Positions 9,013 through 19,905 are shown, counted from the stretch's first letter. The stretch is 64,000 bases of DNA from Dehalococcoidia bacterium (GCA_965262725.1 OZ253555.1:3610404-3674403); one strand, 5' to 3'. Numbers and translations are program-made. Notes: a model not told the origin generated them from the letters alone.

Positions 9013-10371
9013 CTAGCGAAGCCCCAGCGCGCGATCGCCGCCGATAGCGAGCAGCAGTTCCCTGGCCTCGGCCGCCGTGTAGAGGCTGCCGCCCACGATC
9101 ACGCAGCCCGCCTCGCCGGCGAGCGCCTCGGCGTGCGCAAGCCCCCGCTCGACCGACTCCGCTCGCTGCGTCGGAATGCCGGCCTCCGCCAGGGCCCGCT
9201 CCGCCCGCTCGGGGTCGTCCGCCCGCGGCGAGTCGGGCGGCGCCACGACCGCCAGGTCGACCGTGTCGCGCAGCTCCGCGACGAGCGCCGCCGGCGCCCG
9301 GCCGGCCAGCATGCCGAAGAGCAGCACACGCGGCGAGGGCAGGCCCAGTGCGCCCAGCGCCTCCGCGACGCGGCGCGCCGCCAGCGGCGTGTGCATTCCG
9401 TCCAGGATCACGAGCGGGCGGCGGCGCACCGCCTCGAGCCGCACCGGAATCTGGACCTCGGCCAGCCCCTCCCGGACGGCCCGCTCCGGCAGCTCCGCGC
9501 CGTGCTCGCGCGCCCACGCGAGTTCGGCCGCCCGCACCGCCGTCGCGGCGTTCTCCACCTGGTGCCGGCCGAGCAGCCGCAGCGCCAGCCGCCGGTAGCC
9601 GCGCAGCGGCGTGCTCAGGTCGAGCACCTGCCCGTCGAGAGTCTGGCTGCGCACGGTCGCCCGGCACTCCTCGGCGACGAGGTGGAGCTCGGCGCCGACC
9701 GCCTCGGCCCGCTTCGCCACCACGCGCGCGGCGGAGTCCCGCATCGGCGCGACCACGCAGGCGCAGGGTCCGGTCAGGATCCCCGCCTTCTCCGCCGCGA
9801 TCTCGCGGATCGTCTCGCCGAGGATCGCGGTGTGCTCGAGGTCGATGGGGAGGATCGCCGCCACGTGCTTCGCCGACATCGCGTTCGTGGTGTCGAGCCG
9901 TCCGCCGAGACCGACCTCCACCACCTGCCAGTCGCACCCGGCCCGCGCCGCCGCCAGCCAGCCCATGACAGTCAGGCACTCGAAGTAGGACCACTCCCCG
10001 GACGCCGGATCGGTGAGCACCTCTGCTGCGAGCTCGGCGAAGAGCTCCGGCGCGATCGGCCGCCCCCCCACCGCCACGCGCTCGCGCGCTGAGTGCACGT
10101 CGGGCGAGGTGAGTGTGAGCGTGTGCCCGCCAGCGGCGCGGAGGATCGCCTCCACCATCGCCACCGTCGAGCCCTTGCCCTTTGAGCCGGCGACGTGCAC
10201 CGTCGCGCGTGCGTCTGGACGGCCGCGGGCGGCGAGGTAATCAGTCACGTGATCCAGCCGGAAGCCGCGCGCAGCCTGCGGATCGCCCGTCCGCTCGAAG
10301 CCCGTGTGCGCGAGCAGTCGGCGCGCCGCCTCCACGTAGGCGGCCAGATCGGCCCGTTCGCTCGCGACCAC
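9013..10371 (-). CDS. folC: Folylpolyglutamate synthase/dihydrofolate synthase
   Basis: HVAGSKGKGST, EVGLGGRLDTTN, IAAEKAGI and GGSLY. Start uncertain. Confidence 0.9.
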   Translation of the reverse strand: MVASERADLAAYVEAARRLLAHTGFERTGDPQAARGFRLDHVTDYLAARGRPDARATVHVAGSKGKGSTVAMVEAILRAAGGHTLTLTSPDVHSARERVAVGGRPIAPELFAELAAEVLTDPASGEWSYFECLTVMGWLAAARAGCDWQVVEVGLGGRLDTTNAMSAKHVAAILPIDLEHTAILGETIREIAAEKAGILTGPCACVVAPMRDSAARVVAKRAEAVGAELHLVAEECRATVRSQTLDGQVLDLSTPLRGYRRLALRLLGRHQVENAATAVRAAELAWAREHGAELPERAVREGLAEVQIPVRLEAVRRRPLVILDGMHTPLAARRVAEALGALGLPSPRVLLFGMLAGRAPAALVAELRDTVDLAVVAPPDSPRADDPERAERALAEAGIPTQRAESVERGLAHAEALAGEAGCVIVGGSLYTAAEARELLLAIGGDRALGLR

Positions 10372-10493
10372 GCCGTCAACCCCCGCCGGCGACCGGCTGG
10401 CCGGTCGCCCCTCCGCCCACGTCCCGCCCGGGACGCCCGACCGCGAAGTGTATGCCCTCACCACCAGGCGACGGTGATATCGTCGCCCCCGCG

Positions 10494-11303
10494 ATGAGCA
10501 CGACCAACGGGGCGCGGGCGCACGACCCGGCGGAGGGCGCTCCGGCCGTCCCCACGCCGTCGCTGCCGCGCGCTCCGGAACCGCTCTCCGACGATCCCCA
10601 GGGTCGGCGCTGGCGGTTCGCCGGAGGGATGGAGGAGGTCGCGCTCACGCGGATCGCGGGCGCCCCCGTCGCGGACGACGCGACGATCGAGCCGTGGGTC
10701 GGCCCCCGGAACTCCGTCGGCGCTCTCTACTTCCGCTGCTACCTCGTCACCGAGATCGGGCGCACGCGCGAGCCCGTCGTCTTCGGCCTCCAGCACCATG
10801 GACCCTTCCCCGGCAACAACTGGGTCGAGGTCGCCGAGTTCCGCGACCTGCTGACGCTCCCCGACGAGCGCACGGTGGAGGTCTCGGAGGGGATCGAGCG
10901 ACGGATCTTCGGCTGGCTCGCCGGGCTCGTCCCGCCGGGCGGACACCTGATGGCGGAGTACGAGTCGCCGTCCCGCACGCTCACCGCCCGCGCGCTCGCG
11001 CTCGGCGTCCCGCCCGTGGCGACGCCGCTCGGCGCGACGCTTCGGGCCGTCGGGTGCGGCGCCGCGATCCGCGACTGGTACTTCCCGGAGGGCGGCCGTG
11101 AGGGGCCCCGCAAGCTCCAGGGGTTCCGCGCCGTCGACCCCGGGCACGAGCGGCGGCGCGCCGCCGAGATGGTGCAGGCGCTTCAGGCCTTCCTCGCCGA
11201 CGAGCGCGATCTCGACTGGGACGTGCTCGGCTTCACGCGCCCGATCGCCCGCACCGCGCTCGAGGAGCTCTCGGCCCTCGCCGGGCGTTCGCCCTCGCAC
11301 TAG
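10494..11303 (+). CDS. DUF1122 family protein
   Basis: NWVEV...GGHLMAEYE...GVPPVATPLG...RDWYFPEGGREG.RKLQG matches the DUF1122 pattern from memory. Confidence 0.75.
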   Translation: MSTTNGARAHDPAEGAPAVPTPSLPRAPEPLSDDPQGRRWRFAGGMEEVALTRIAGAPVADDATIEPWVGPRNSVGALYFRCYLVTEIGRTREPVVFGLQHHGPFPGNNWVEVAEFRDLLTLPDERTVEVSEGIERRIFGWLAGLVPPGGHLMAEYESPSRTLTARALALGVPPVATPLGATLRAVGCGAAIRDWYFPEGGREGPRKLQGFRAVDPGHERRRAAEMVQALQAFLADERDLDWDVLGFTRPIARTALEELSALAGRSPSH

Positions 11304-12696
11304 CAGGGTTGTGATTTTCTCCCTGGGTGCCCGGAGCATGGCCGGCGGTGCCCCGCGGGTGCAACAAACGCCCCCGGTAGCTGTCAGAAGCCCCAGGTAG
11401 TGGTCGACTGTAACTGATAAGACGAGTATACTAACGATCATACAAGAGGGACCCCCACGAGGGAGGATATCGATGCGAGGACAGAGCGAGGACCAGGGCC
11501 GCGCCACTCTCACCTGCCCGGAGATGTTCGTCCCCAGCGACCACCCGCTCCGACGCATCAAGCCCATCGTCGACCGGGCGCTCGCCAATCTCTCCCCGCG
11601 CTTCGACGGTCTCTACAGCGAGTCCGGGCGACCGTCGATTCCGCCCGAGACGCTGCTCAAGTCGACACTCCTCATCGCCTTCTTCTCGATTCGTAGCGAG
11701 AGCCAGTTCTGCGAGCGGCTGCGGTCCGACATGGCGTTCAAGTGGTTCCTCGACCTCCCGGGAGACCCCGGTTCCTTCGACCGCTCCACGTTCTCGAAGA
11801 ACCGCTCCCGGCTCCTTGACGGCGACATCGCCCGGGGGTTCTTCGAGGAAGTCGTGAGGGAGGCGAGGGAGCGGAACCTGCTGTCCGAGGAGCACTTCAC
11901 GGTCGACGGGTCGCAGCTCGAGGCGTGGGCGTCGCACAAGAGCTACCGGTCACGCGACGAGCAGGACGGGGACAAGCCTGCGGGCCGCAATCCGGACGTC
12001 GACTTCCGCGGCGAGCGCCGGCACCGGGACACCCACGTCAGCACGACCGATCCCGGCGCGCACCTGTACCGGAAGGGGAACGGGCAGGCGGCGCGCCCGA
12101 GCTACATCGGGCATGTGATGACGGAGAACCGCAACGGGCTCATCGTCGATGTCGAGCTCACGACGGCGCACGGGCGGGCGGAGCGGGATGCGGCGCTGGC
12201 CATGGCCGAGCGCAGCCTGACACCGGGGGCGACGCTGGGCGCCGACAAGGGATACGACGCGAAGCACTTCGTGGAGGGGCTGTGCGAACTCGGGGTCGTG
12301 CCGCACGTGGCACGGCGAGCGAAGCACAGCGCCATCCCCGAGGAGGTGGCGCAGACGCCCGGCTACGAGGTGAGTCAGCGCCGGCGCAAGATGGTGGAGG
12401 AGAGCTTCGGGTGGCTGAAGACCGTGGGGGGCGGGCGCAAGCTCCGCTACATCGGCGAACAGGTCAACGGTTTCTGGATGGAGATGGGCGCTGCCGCGTA
12501 CAACCTGGTGCGCGTGGCCAATATCGACGCCGCGCTGTCACGGGCGTAGTGCGCCCGGAGTAGGTCCCGGGGCGCCCGGACGGGCTGAGAGAGCCCCGGA
12601 GGGGGCCAGAATCGGCCCCGAAATGACGCCGCATACGCCCTCTTGGCGGTGATTCGCTCCGTGGCCGCGCCAAAGGGGGCCTTTTTCCCGACCCTG
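11304..12696 (+). mobile_element. IS5-family element with CTAG target duplication
   Basis: CAGGGT...ACCCTG ends flanked by CTAG at 11300-11303 and 12697-12700. Confidence 0.9.
11473..12549 (+). CDS. IS5-family DDE transposase
   Basis: DHPLRRI, GRPSIPPE, FTVDGS, LGADKGYD and RKMVEESFGWLK. Confidence 0.95.
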   Translation: MRGQSEDQGRATLTCPEMFVPSDHPLRRIKPIVDRALANLSPRFDGLYSESGRPSIPPETLLKSTLLIAFFSIRSESQFCERLRSDMAFKWFLDLPGDPGSFDRSTFSKNRSRLLDGDIARGFFEEVVREARERNLLSEEHFTVDGSQLEAWASHKSYRSRDEQDGDKPAGRNPDVDFRGERRHRDTHVSTTDPGAHLYRKGNGQAARPSYIGHVMTENRNGLIVDVELTTAHGRAERDAALAMAERSLTPGATLGADKGYDAKHFVEGLCELGVVPHVARRAKHSAIPEEVAQTPGYEVSQRRRKMVEESFGWLKTVGGGRKLRYIGEQVNGFWMEMGAAAYNLVRVANIDAALSRA

Positions 12697-12853
12697 CTAG
12701 GCCTCCGGGCGGGGCTCCGGGCGCGCCCCTCGTAGGCAACGCGTGGACCGTGACGCTACGATGCGGGGGCCCGGCGCCGCGCCCGCCGGTGCGCCCTGCG
12801 ATCGCCCCCACGACGGCGACGCCAGACGACACGGGCGGACGGAGGAGGCGACG

Positions 12854-13948
12854 GTGCCCCAGACCCTGAGCGTGATCAAGGCGGACGTCGGCGGCTTCGT
12901 CGGCCACTCGGCGATGCACCCCGAGGTGCTCGCGGAAGCCGCCGAGTCGCTTCAGAGCGCGGTGCTGTCGGGGCTTCTGATCGACGCGCAGGCCCACGCA
13001 TGCGGCGACGATGTTTTCCTCGTGATGTCCCACGATCGCGGCGAGAACGACGAGAGCGTGCACCAGCTGGCCTGGGACACCTTCATCCGCGGCACCGAGG
13101 TCGCCCGCAGGCTGCACCTCTACGGCGCCGGACAGGACCTGCTCGTCGACGCCTTCTCGGGGAACATCCGCGGCGCCGGGCCCGGCTCCGCCGAACTCGA
13201 GCTGGAGGAGCGACCCTCCGAGCCCGTCATCGTCTTCCTCGGCGACAAGACCTCGGCCGGCGCCTTCAACCTCCCCTTCTACAAGATGTTCGCCGACCCG
13301 TTTAACACGGCCGGCCTCGTCATCTCCGAGTCGCTGCACGAGGGCTTCTCGTTCGAGGTCCACGACGTGCGCGAGCACCGCAAGATCGTCTTCAACGCGC
13401 CGGATGAAATCTACGACCTGCTCGCCTTCATCGGCTCACCCTCGCGCTATGCCGTCAAGCGCGTCGTGAGTCGGGCGACCGGGGAGGTCGCCGCCGTCTC
13501 CTCCACCGACAAGCTCTCCGAGATCGCCGGCCGCTACGTGGGGAAGGACGACCCCACGGCGGTGGTCCGCTGCCAGGGCGCCTTCCCGGCGGTCGGCGAG
13601 GCGCTCGAGCCGTTCACCACGGCGTGGGCGGTCGAGGGCTTTATGCGCGGATCCCACTACGGCCCGTGGATGCCGACCTCGGTCGCCGACGCGCACCCCG
13701 CCCGCTTCGACGGGCCGCCGCGCGTGGTCGCGCTCGGTTTCCAGCTTGCCGCCGGGAAGCTGGTGGGGCCGCGCGACATGTTCGACGACCCCTCCTTCGA
13801 CAACGTCAGGCAGGAGGCGAACGACATCTCGGACTACCTCCGCAAGCACGGCCCCTTCGAGCCCCATCGCCTGCCGCTCGACGAGATGGAGTACACCACG
13901 ATGCCGGCCGTCGCCGCGAAGCTCGCCGACCGCTGGGCACCGCTCTAG
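12854..13948 (+). CDS. fbp: Bifunctional fructose-1,6-bisphosphate aldolase/phosphatase (class V FBPase)
   Basis: LSVIKADVGG, LYGAGQDLL.DAFSGNIRG, ADPFNTAGL, YVGKDDP and GFMRGSH. RBS GGAGGAGG. Confidence 0.95.
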   Translation: MPQTLSVIKADVGGFVGHSAMHPEVLAEAAESLQSAVLSGLLIDAQAHACGDDVFLVMSHDRGENDESVHQLAWDTFIRGTEVARRLHLYGAGQDLLVDAFSGNIRGAGPGSAELELEERPSEPVIVFLGDKTSAGAFNLPFYKMFADPFNTAGLVISESLHEGFSFEVHDVREHRKIVFNAPDEIYDLLAFIGSPSRYAVKRVVSRATGEVAAVSSTDKLSEIAGRYVGKDDPTAVVRCQGAFPAVGEALEPFTTAWAVEGFMRGSHYGPWMPTSVADAHPARFDGPPRVVALGFQLAAGKLVGPRDMFDDPSFDNVRQEANDISDYLRKHGPFEPHRLPLDEMEYTTMPAVAAKLADRWAPL

Positions 13949-13977
13949 CGGCCCGGCCGCCCCGTCGGCCGCCTCAC

Positions 13978-14613
13978 GTGGAACGCAGGCTCCTGCTCGC
14001 ATCGGGGAACCCCGGGAAGCTCCGCGAGCTGCGTGGGCTCCTGAGCCCCGTCGGCTGGGAGGCCCTCGCGCCCGCCGACGTCGGCGTGGCGGGGGTGAGC
14101 GTTCTGGAGGGAGGGCGCTCCTACCTGGAGAACGCCACGGCGAAGGCCGTTGCCTACCTCCGCGCCTCCGGGCTCCCCGCGCTCGCCGACGACTCGGGCA
14201 TCGAGGTCGACGCCCTGGGGGGAGAGCCCGGGGTCCTCTCCGCGCGCTTCGGCGGGCACCGCGCCTCCAGCGACGCCGATCGCTGCGCCCTCCTGCTCGG
14301 CCGCCTCCGCGGCGTGCCGCGGCCCCGGCGCGGCGCGCGCTTCCGGGCGGTCATCGTGCTCGCGCTCCCCGGCGGCGCCACCGTCGCGCGCGAGGGATCT
14401 GTGGAGGGACGCATCGCCGCGGCGCCGCGCGGCGAAAGCGGCTTCGGCTACGATCCCGTCTTCGAGCTCCCCGACGGGCGCACGATGGCGGAGGTCGGCG
14501 AGGAGAAGCAGCGCATATCGCACCGCGCCCGTGCGCTCTCTGCGATGATGTTAGTGCTGGAGGCACTGGATGAGCCGCTTCACCCCCCCGCCGCCGCCCG
14601 GGCCCGCGACTGA
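13978..14613 (+). CDS. rdgB: Non-canonical purine NTP pyrophosphatase (HAM1 family)
   Basis: LASGNPGKLRE, ADDSG, GFGYDPVF and SHR. Confidence 0.95.
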   Translation: MERRLLLASGNPGKLRELRGLLSPVGWEALAPADVGVAGVSVLEGGRSYLENATAKAVAYLRASGLPALADDSGIEVDALGGEPGVLSARFGGHRASSDADRCALLLGRLRGVPRPRRGARFRAVIVLALPGGATVAREGSVEGRIAAAPRGESGFGYDPVFELPDGRTMAEVGEEKQRISHRARALSAMMLVLEALDEPLHPPAAARARD

Positions 14614-15631
14614 GGGCGCGATCGCCCCGGGGCTGGTCGACCGCTTCGGGCGCCCGCTGCGCGATTTGCGCATCTCGGTCACCGATCGCTGCAACTTCCG
14701 CTGCCGCTACTGCATGCCGCGCGAGGTCTTCGGGGCCGACTTCGTCTTCCTACCGCGGGACCAGATCCTCAGCTTCGAGGAGATCGCGCGCATCGCCGAC
14801 ATCGCGGCCGGCCTCGGCGTCCGCAAGGTGCGCCTCACCGGCGGCGAGCCGCTGCTGCGCGCCGAACTCCCGCGCCTGGTGGCGATGCTCGCGGAGGTCC
14901 CCGGCCTCGAGGTGGCGCTGACGACCAACGGCTCCCTGCTCGCCTCGCAGGCCGACGCGCTCGCCCGGGCCGGCCTCGCGCGCGTCACCGTGAGCCTCGA
15001 CTCGCTCGACGACGCCATCTTCCGCGCCATGAACGACGCCTCATTCCCCGTGCGCCTCGTGCTCGAGGGGATCGAGGCGGCGACCTCGGCCGGACTCGCC
15101 CCGATCAAGGTGAACGCCGTCGTGCGCCGCGGCGTCAACGACCACACCGCCGTCGATCTCGCGCGCTACTTCCATGGAAGCGGGCATGTGCTGCGCTTCA
15201 TCGAGTTCATGGACGTCGGGACCACGAACGGATGGCGGCTCGCCGACGTCGTGCCGGCGCAGGAGCTCCTCGCCGCTGTCGACTCGGCGCTCCCGCTCGA
15301 GCCCGTCGGTCCCGCCTACCGCGGCGAGGTCGCCCGCCGCTACCGCTACCGCGACGGCGGCGGCGAGATAGGGTTCATCACCTCGGTGACGCAGCCCTTC
15401 TGCGGCGACTGCACGCGCGCCCGCCTCTCCGCCGAGGGGGCGCTCTACACCTGCCTCTTCGCCACCAACGGCACCGACCTCCGCGAGCCGCTCCGCTCCG
15501 GCGCGACCGACTCGGAGCTCACGGAGCTGCTGCGTCGGATCTGGGGCGTGCGCGAGGACCGATACTCGGAGGAGCGCTCGGCCGCCACGGCCGCGCTGCC
15601 GCGGGTCGAGATGTCGTATATCGGAGGCTAG
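14570..15631 (+). CDS. moaA: GTP 3',8-cyclase MoaA
   Basis: LRISVTDRCNFRCRYCMP, FCGDCTRARL...C and C-terminal MSYIGG. Confidence 0.97.
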   Translation: MSRFTPPPPPGPATEGAIAPGLVDRFGRPLRDLRISVTDRCNFRCRYCMPREVFGADFVFLPRDQILSFEEIARIADIAAGLGVRKVRLTGGEPLLRAELPRLVAMLAEVPGLEVALTTNGSLLASQADALARAGLARVTVSLDSLDDAIFRAMNDASFPVRLVLEGIEAATSAGLAPIKVNAVVRRGVNDHTAVDLARYFHGSGHVLRFIEFMDVGTTNGWRLADVVPAQELLAAVDSALPLEPVGPAYRGEVARRYRYRDGGGEIGFITSVTQPFCGDCTRARLSAEGALYTCLFATNGTDLREPLRSGATDSELTELLRRIWGVREDRYSEERSAATAALPRVEMSYIGG

Positions 15632-15662
15632 CCCGACGCCTCGGAGACGTAGGAGGAGATGA

Positions 15663-16181
<519 letters not shown>

Positions 16182-16200
16182 CCCCGCTTCCGCGTCCGGA

Positions 16201-16620
16201 TCAGGGCGGGTTGCCGGGAGTCGCCGCGGTCTCGACGTAGCGGACCGCGACTCGCACCGCGCGGTGCGAGTAGACGACGAAGTGCTCGGCGGGCATCTCC
16301 TCGAGGGGGCGCATCTCCTCCGCGCGCGTCGCGACGGGATCGCCGGCCGCCTCCTGCGCCGGATCGTGGCTCACCACCAGCTCGTAGAGGCCGCCGTCGT
16401 CCCCGAGCACGACGCAGCCGTAGTCGCCCGGCAGCTCGCCCTCGGGATCGACCTCGAGCCCGTAGGCGAACATCGCCCCGGGGAAGGACGGGAATCCCCC
16501 GACCGACCGCGCCGTGCGGGAGAGCAGCTCGCGCAGCTCCGCCGCGGCGCGCTCCACGATCGCCTCCGCGTGCGAGCGATTCGCCCGCAGCTCGCCGCCA
16601 GCCTCCGCACGTCCGCTCAT
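16201..16620 (-). CDS. Hypothetical protein
   Basis: Acidic, globular-looking 139-aa ORF (FPSFPG...GCVVLGDDGGLYEL) with coding-like codon use. Confidence 0.65.
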   Translation of the reverse strand: MSGRAEAGGELRANRSHAEAIVERAAAELRELLSRTARSVGGFPSFPGAMFAYGLEVDPEGELPGDYGCVVLGDDGGLYELVVSHDPAQEAAGDPVATRAEEMRPLEEMPAEHFVVYSHRAVRVAVRYVETAATPGNPP

Positions 16621-16815
16621 CACGTCCCGTCCCGACCACGCGCCCGCTGCGGCGCGCCGCTCCCATCATAGGAGACGGTCGCCGCGTCGCCCCCGAAGGC
16701 AACTCCCGTATCATGTTCGCCGCCGCGCTGTGACACGCTCCCCGGAACGCCCGCAGGCTGCGCGTACGCGGTCGCGGCGGCCCACAAGGGAACGACACAC
16801 GCGGACTGCGCGCCT

Positions 16816-18795
16816 ATGGCTATCTGGGTCGGCCGCTACGCGATGGTCGGGGGTGAGCCGAGCGAGGCGAGCCCCTGGCTCATCGACAGGCGGCGTGTGA
16901 GCGGCGGGGACTCGGTGCGCCTCGTGGTGCTCGCCGAGCCCGCCGACGAGCGCTCCGAGCCCTACTGCACCGAGGTCGCCGAGGCGGTCGCGGACCTCTT
17001 CGGCCGCGACTCGCTCTCGCTCACCGGCGGCCTCCTGCGCGCCCTCCGGCAGACCCACGACAACCTTGTGGAGTGGAACCGCCACTCTCTGCGCGAGCAC
17101 CGTGTCGCCGTGGGCGTGACCTGCGTCGCGATCCGCGACGACGAGGCCACGATCGTCCTCGCCGGGCCGGGCCCCGCGTACCGGGCCGGCCCCTCCGGCG
17201 TGGAGCGCTTCGGCACCGAGGACGCGGCGGCCCGGCACCCGCTCGGCGGCGAGGAGCCCGTCGAGCCGCGGTTCCTGACGGCACCGTTCCACGATGCGTC
17301 GATCCTCCTGCTCACCAGCGCCGCCGAGGACGTCGCGAGCGAGCAGGCCATCGCGCAGGCGGTCTCCGCCGGCGCCGAGCGCACGCTCGGCGACCTCTAC
17401 GCGCTCACCCGCGACATGAGCGACATGAGCGCCGTGCTGCTCGCCGACCTCGACGTCGAGGAACAGGACGTCACCCCGATCGCGGCGCCCGCGGCCGACC
17501 TCCCCGGCGAGGCGCGGCCGACGGTCGACTCGGGGATCCGGACGCTCGGCGCCCCGCCCCATCGGGGAGCGTTGCCGGCCGTCCGGGCGCCGGCGCGCGG
17601 CGTCGGCTCACACGCCACCTCCGCGCGGCTGCCGTGGGGGCTGATCGGCGCCGTCTCCGCGGCGGTGATCGTGGCCGCGCTCTTCGCCGGGTTGATCCTG
17701 CTCCCGCTGCTCGACGACGACCAGGAGAGGCGCATCGCCGAGTTGCTCTCGCAGGCGAGCGCCGAGCTCCTCGGCGCCGAGCAGGCGCGGCTCGAGGGCG
17801 ATCGCGCCTCAGAGCGCGTCGCGGTCGAGGAGGCCCGGTCGACGCTGGAGCGAGCCCGCGCACAGGCCGAGGAGGATCCCCGCGTCGACGAGCTCCTCGC
17901 GCAGATGGAGGCCGCGCGCATCCGGCTCGATGCCGTGATCACCGTCTTGGCGCTCGAGCGCGTCGCGACCCTCGACGGGATCATCACCGCCCCGGCCCAG
18001 CCCGAGGCCCTCGTCTCAGGCGGCGGGGCGCTGTGGCTGCTCGAGCGGGGGAGCGGCCGCATCGTGCGGCTCGACCCCGAGGGCGCGCTCCCCCCGATGC
18101 GGGTCTACAGCCCCGATCAGCAGTACGACGGGACCCGCGCGCGTGCCGCCGCGGCGATCGCCTGGGACGACGCGCGCCGGCGCCTGCTGGTGCTCGACGA
18201 GGACCGGTCGCTCTTCGCGATCCCCGGTGAGCCCGGGAGCGCTCCCCACGCCCTCCTCCTGCGCGGCGCCGACGACATCCGCTCCGCCCGGGCGATTGCC
18301 GTCTACAGCGGCAACCTCTACGTGCTCGACCCCGAGGGCAGAGAGATCTGGCGCTACGTGCCTGCCGGCGATGGGTTCAACTCCGAGCGGCAGGGCCTGC
18401 TCGGCACCGCGGAGATCGGAACCGCGCGCGCGCTCTCAGTCGACGGCGACGTCTTCGTGCTCGTGGCGGGGGCCGTACGCCACTTCCGGCTCGGGCAGGA
18501 GCTCGATCCGTTGTTCGCCGGCATCGACTCCTTTCCCCAGGCCACCGCCGGGATCGCCGAGGACAGCTCCGAGGGCGTGCTCTACGTCGGCGACCGCGAG
18601 CGCGGGCGCATCGTCGTCACCGAGCGCTCGGGAAACTTCCTCCGGCAGTACCACCACGTCGATTTCGACGACATGCGCGGGCTCGCCATCTCCCCCAACG
18701 GCGATCTCCTCTACGTGCTGACCGGCCGCAGCATCTTCAGCTTCGATCCTCTCGCCGAGGCCGAGTCGCTCCCCGGCGCGCGCGAGCAGAACTGA
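16816..18795 (+). CDS. Single-pass membrane protein: degenerate PP2C-like N-terminal domain, TM helix, NHL/beta-propeller C-terminal domain
   Basis: LVVLAE...GVTCVAIR...ILLLTS...SAVL PP2C-like strand pattern; TM segment WGLIGAVSAAVIVAALFAGLILL; repeated LYVLD/LWLLE/LYVGD blades. Confidence 0.7.
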   Translation: MAIWVGRYAMVGGEPSEASPWLIDRRRVSGGDSVRLVVLAEPADERSEPYCTEVAEAVADLFGRDSLSLTGGLLRALRQTHDNLVEWNRHSLREHRVAVGVTCVAIRDDEATIVLAGPGPAYRAGPSGVERFGTEDAAARHPLGGEEPVEPRFLTAPFHDASILLLTSAAEDVASEQAIAQAVSAGAERTLGDLYALTRDMSDMSAVLLADLDVEEQDVTPIAAPAADLPGEARPTVDSGIRTLGAPPHRGALPAVRAPARGVGSHATSARLPWGLIGAVSAAVIVAALFAGLILLPLLDDDQERRIAELLSQASAELLGAEQARLEGDRASERVAVEEARSTLERARAQAEEDPRVDELLAQMEAARIRLDAVITVLALERVATLDGIITAPAQPEALVSGGGALWLLERGSGRIVRLDPEGALPPMRVYSPDQQYDGTRARAAAAIAWDDARRRLLVLDEDRSLFAIPGEPGSAPHALLLRGADDIRSARAIAVYSGNLYVLDPEGREIWRYVPAGDGFNSERQGLLGTAEIGTARALSVDGDVFVLVAGAVRHFRLGQELDPLFAGIDSFPQATAGIAEDSSEGVLYVGDRERGRIVVTERSGNFLRQYHHVDFDDMRGLAISPNGDLLYVLTGRSIFSFDPLAEAESLPGAREQN

Positions 18796-18809
18796 GCAGG
18801 GAGCCGCCC

Positions 18810-19817
18810 GTGCGCATCCTCGCCCTGGAGACGTCCTGCGACGAGACGGCCGCCGCCGTCGTGGAGAACGGCCGCCGGGTGCTCTCCTCGATCGTCGCCT
18901 CGCAGGACGAGCTCCACGCCGAGACGGGGGGCGTGGTGCCGGAGGTGGCGGCCAGGCAGCACCTGCGCGCGGTGACCCCGGTCGTGCGCCGCGCGCTCTC
19001 CGACGCCGGCTGCGGCTGGGACGCGATCGATGCTGTCGGCGCGACGGCGGGGCCCGGCCTCCCCGGGGCGCTCGCCGTCGGCTTCGCCTGCGCGCGCGCG
19101 ATCGCCTTCGCCCGCTCCCTGCCGATCATCCCGGTCGACCACATCGAGGGCCACGTCTGCGCCACCTGGCTCGGCGACGAGGAGCCGGGGCTGCCCGCGC
19201 TCGCACTGGTCGTCTCGGGAGGCCACACCGAGCTGCTCCTGATGGAGGACCACGGACGTTTCCGGCGTCTCGGGGGGACGAGGGACGACGCGGCCGGCGA
19301 GGCCTTCGACAAGGTGGCGCGCCTGCTCTCGCTCGGCTACCCGGGAGGACCGCCGATCTCGCGGCTCGCCCGGACGGCGACGCGGCGCGAGCTGCGCCTT
19401 CCCCGCGCCTGGCTCCCCGGCACCGACGACTTCTCGTTCTCCGGCCTCAAGACGGCGGTACTGCGGGTGGTGCGCGGCCCAGAGCCCCCGCCCGCCGCCG
19501 AGGTCGCCTGGGCCTTCGAGGAGTCGGTCGCCGACGTGCTCTCGCGCAAGGCGACGCGCGCCGCCGCGCGCGAGGGGGTCGCCTCGTTGCTCGTCGCCGG
19601 CGGCGTCGCCGCGAACGGCCGGCTGCGGGAGCTGCTCCGCGAGCGCGCCCGGCTTCCCCTCTTCATCCCGCCCCCCGCGCTCTGCACCGACAACGCCGCG
19701 ATGATCGGTGCCGCCGCCTTCCGCCACGCGCACGAGGCGGTCTCACCCCAGGCGCCGCTCGACATCGCTCCCACCGCGGCGCGCGGGCAGGCGGCGCTCG
19801 GGCGCAGCGCCCGCTGA
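18810..19817 (+). CDS. tsaD: tRNA threonylcarbamoyltransferase TsaD
   Basis: ILALETSCDET, HIEGH, VSGGHT, DDAAGEAFDK and CTDNAAMI. Confidence 0.97.
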   Translation: MRILALETSCDETAAAVVENGRRVLSSIVASQDELHAETGGVVPEVAARQHLRAVTPVVRRALSDAGCGWDAIDAVGATAGPGLPGALAVGFACARAIAFARSLPIIPVDHIEGHVCATWLGDEEPGLPALALVVSGGHTELLLMEDHGRFRRLGGTRDDAAGEAFDKVARLLSLGYPGGPPISRLARTATRRELRLPRAWLPGTDDFSFSGLKTAVLRVVRGPEPPPAAEVAWAFEESVADVLSRKATRAAAREGVASLLVAGGVAANGRLRELLRERARLPLFIPPPALCTDNAAMIGAAAFRHAHEAVSPQAPLDIAPTAARGQAALGRSAR

Positions 19818-19878
19818 GGGCCCCCGGGCCGTGACCGACTCGCCCCGAGGCGGGGTTGGAGGGACGCTCCGGGGAGCA

Positions 19879-19905
19879 CTGGCACTCTCCACACAAGAGT
19901 GCTAA
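19879..19905 (+). promoter_or_regulatory. CIRCE element (HrcA operator)
   Basis: CTGGCACTC-N9-GAGTGCTAA upstream of groES. Confidence 0.9.
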
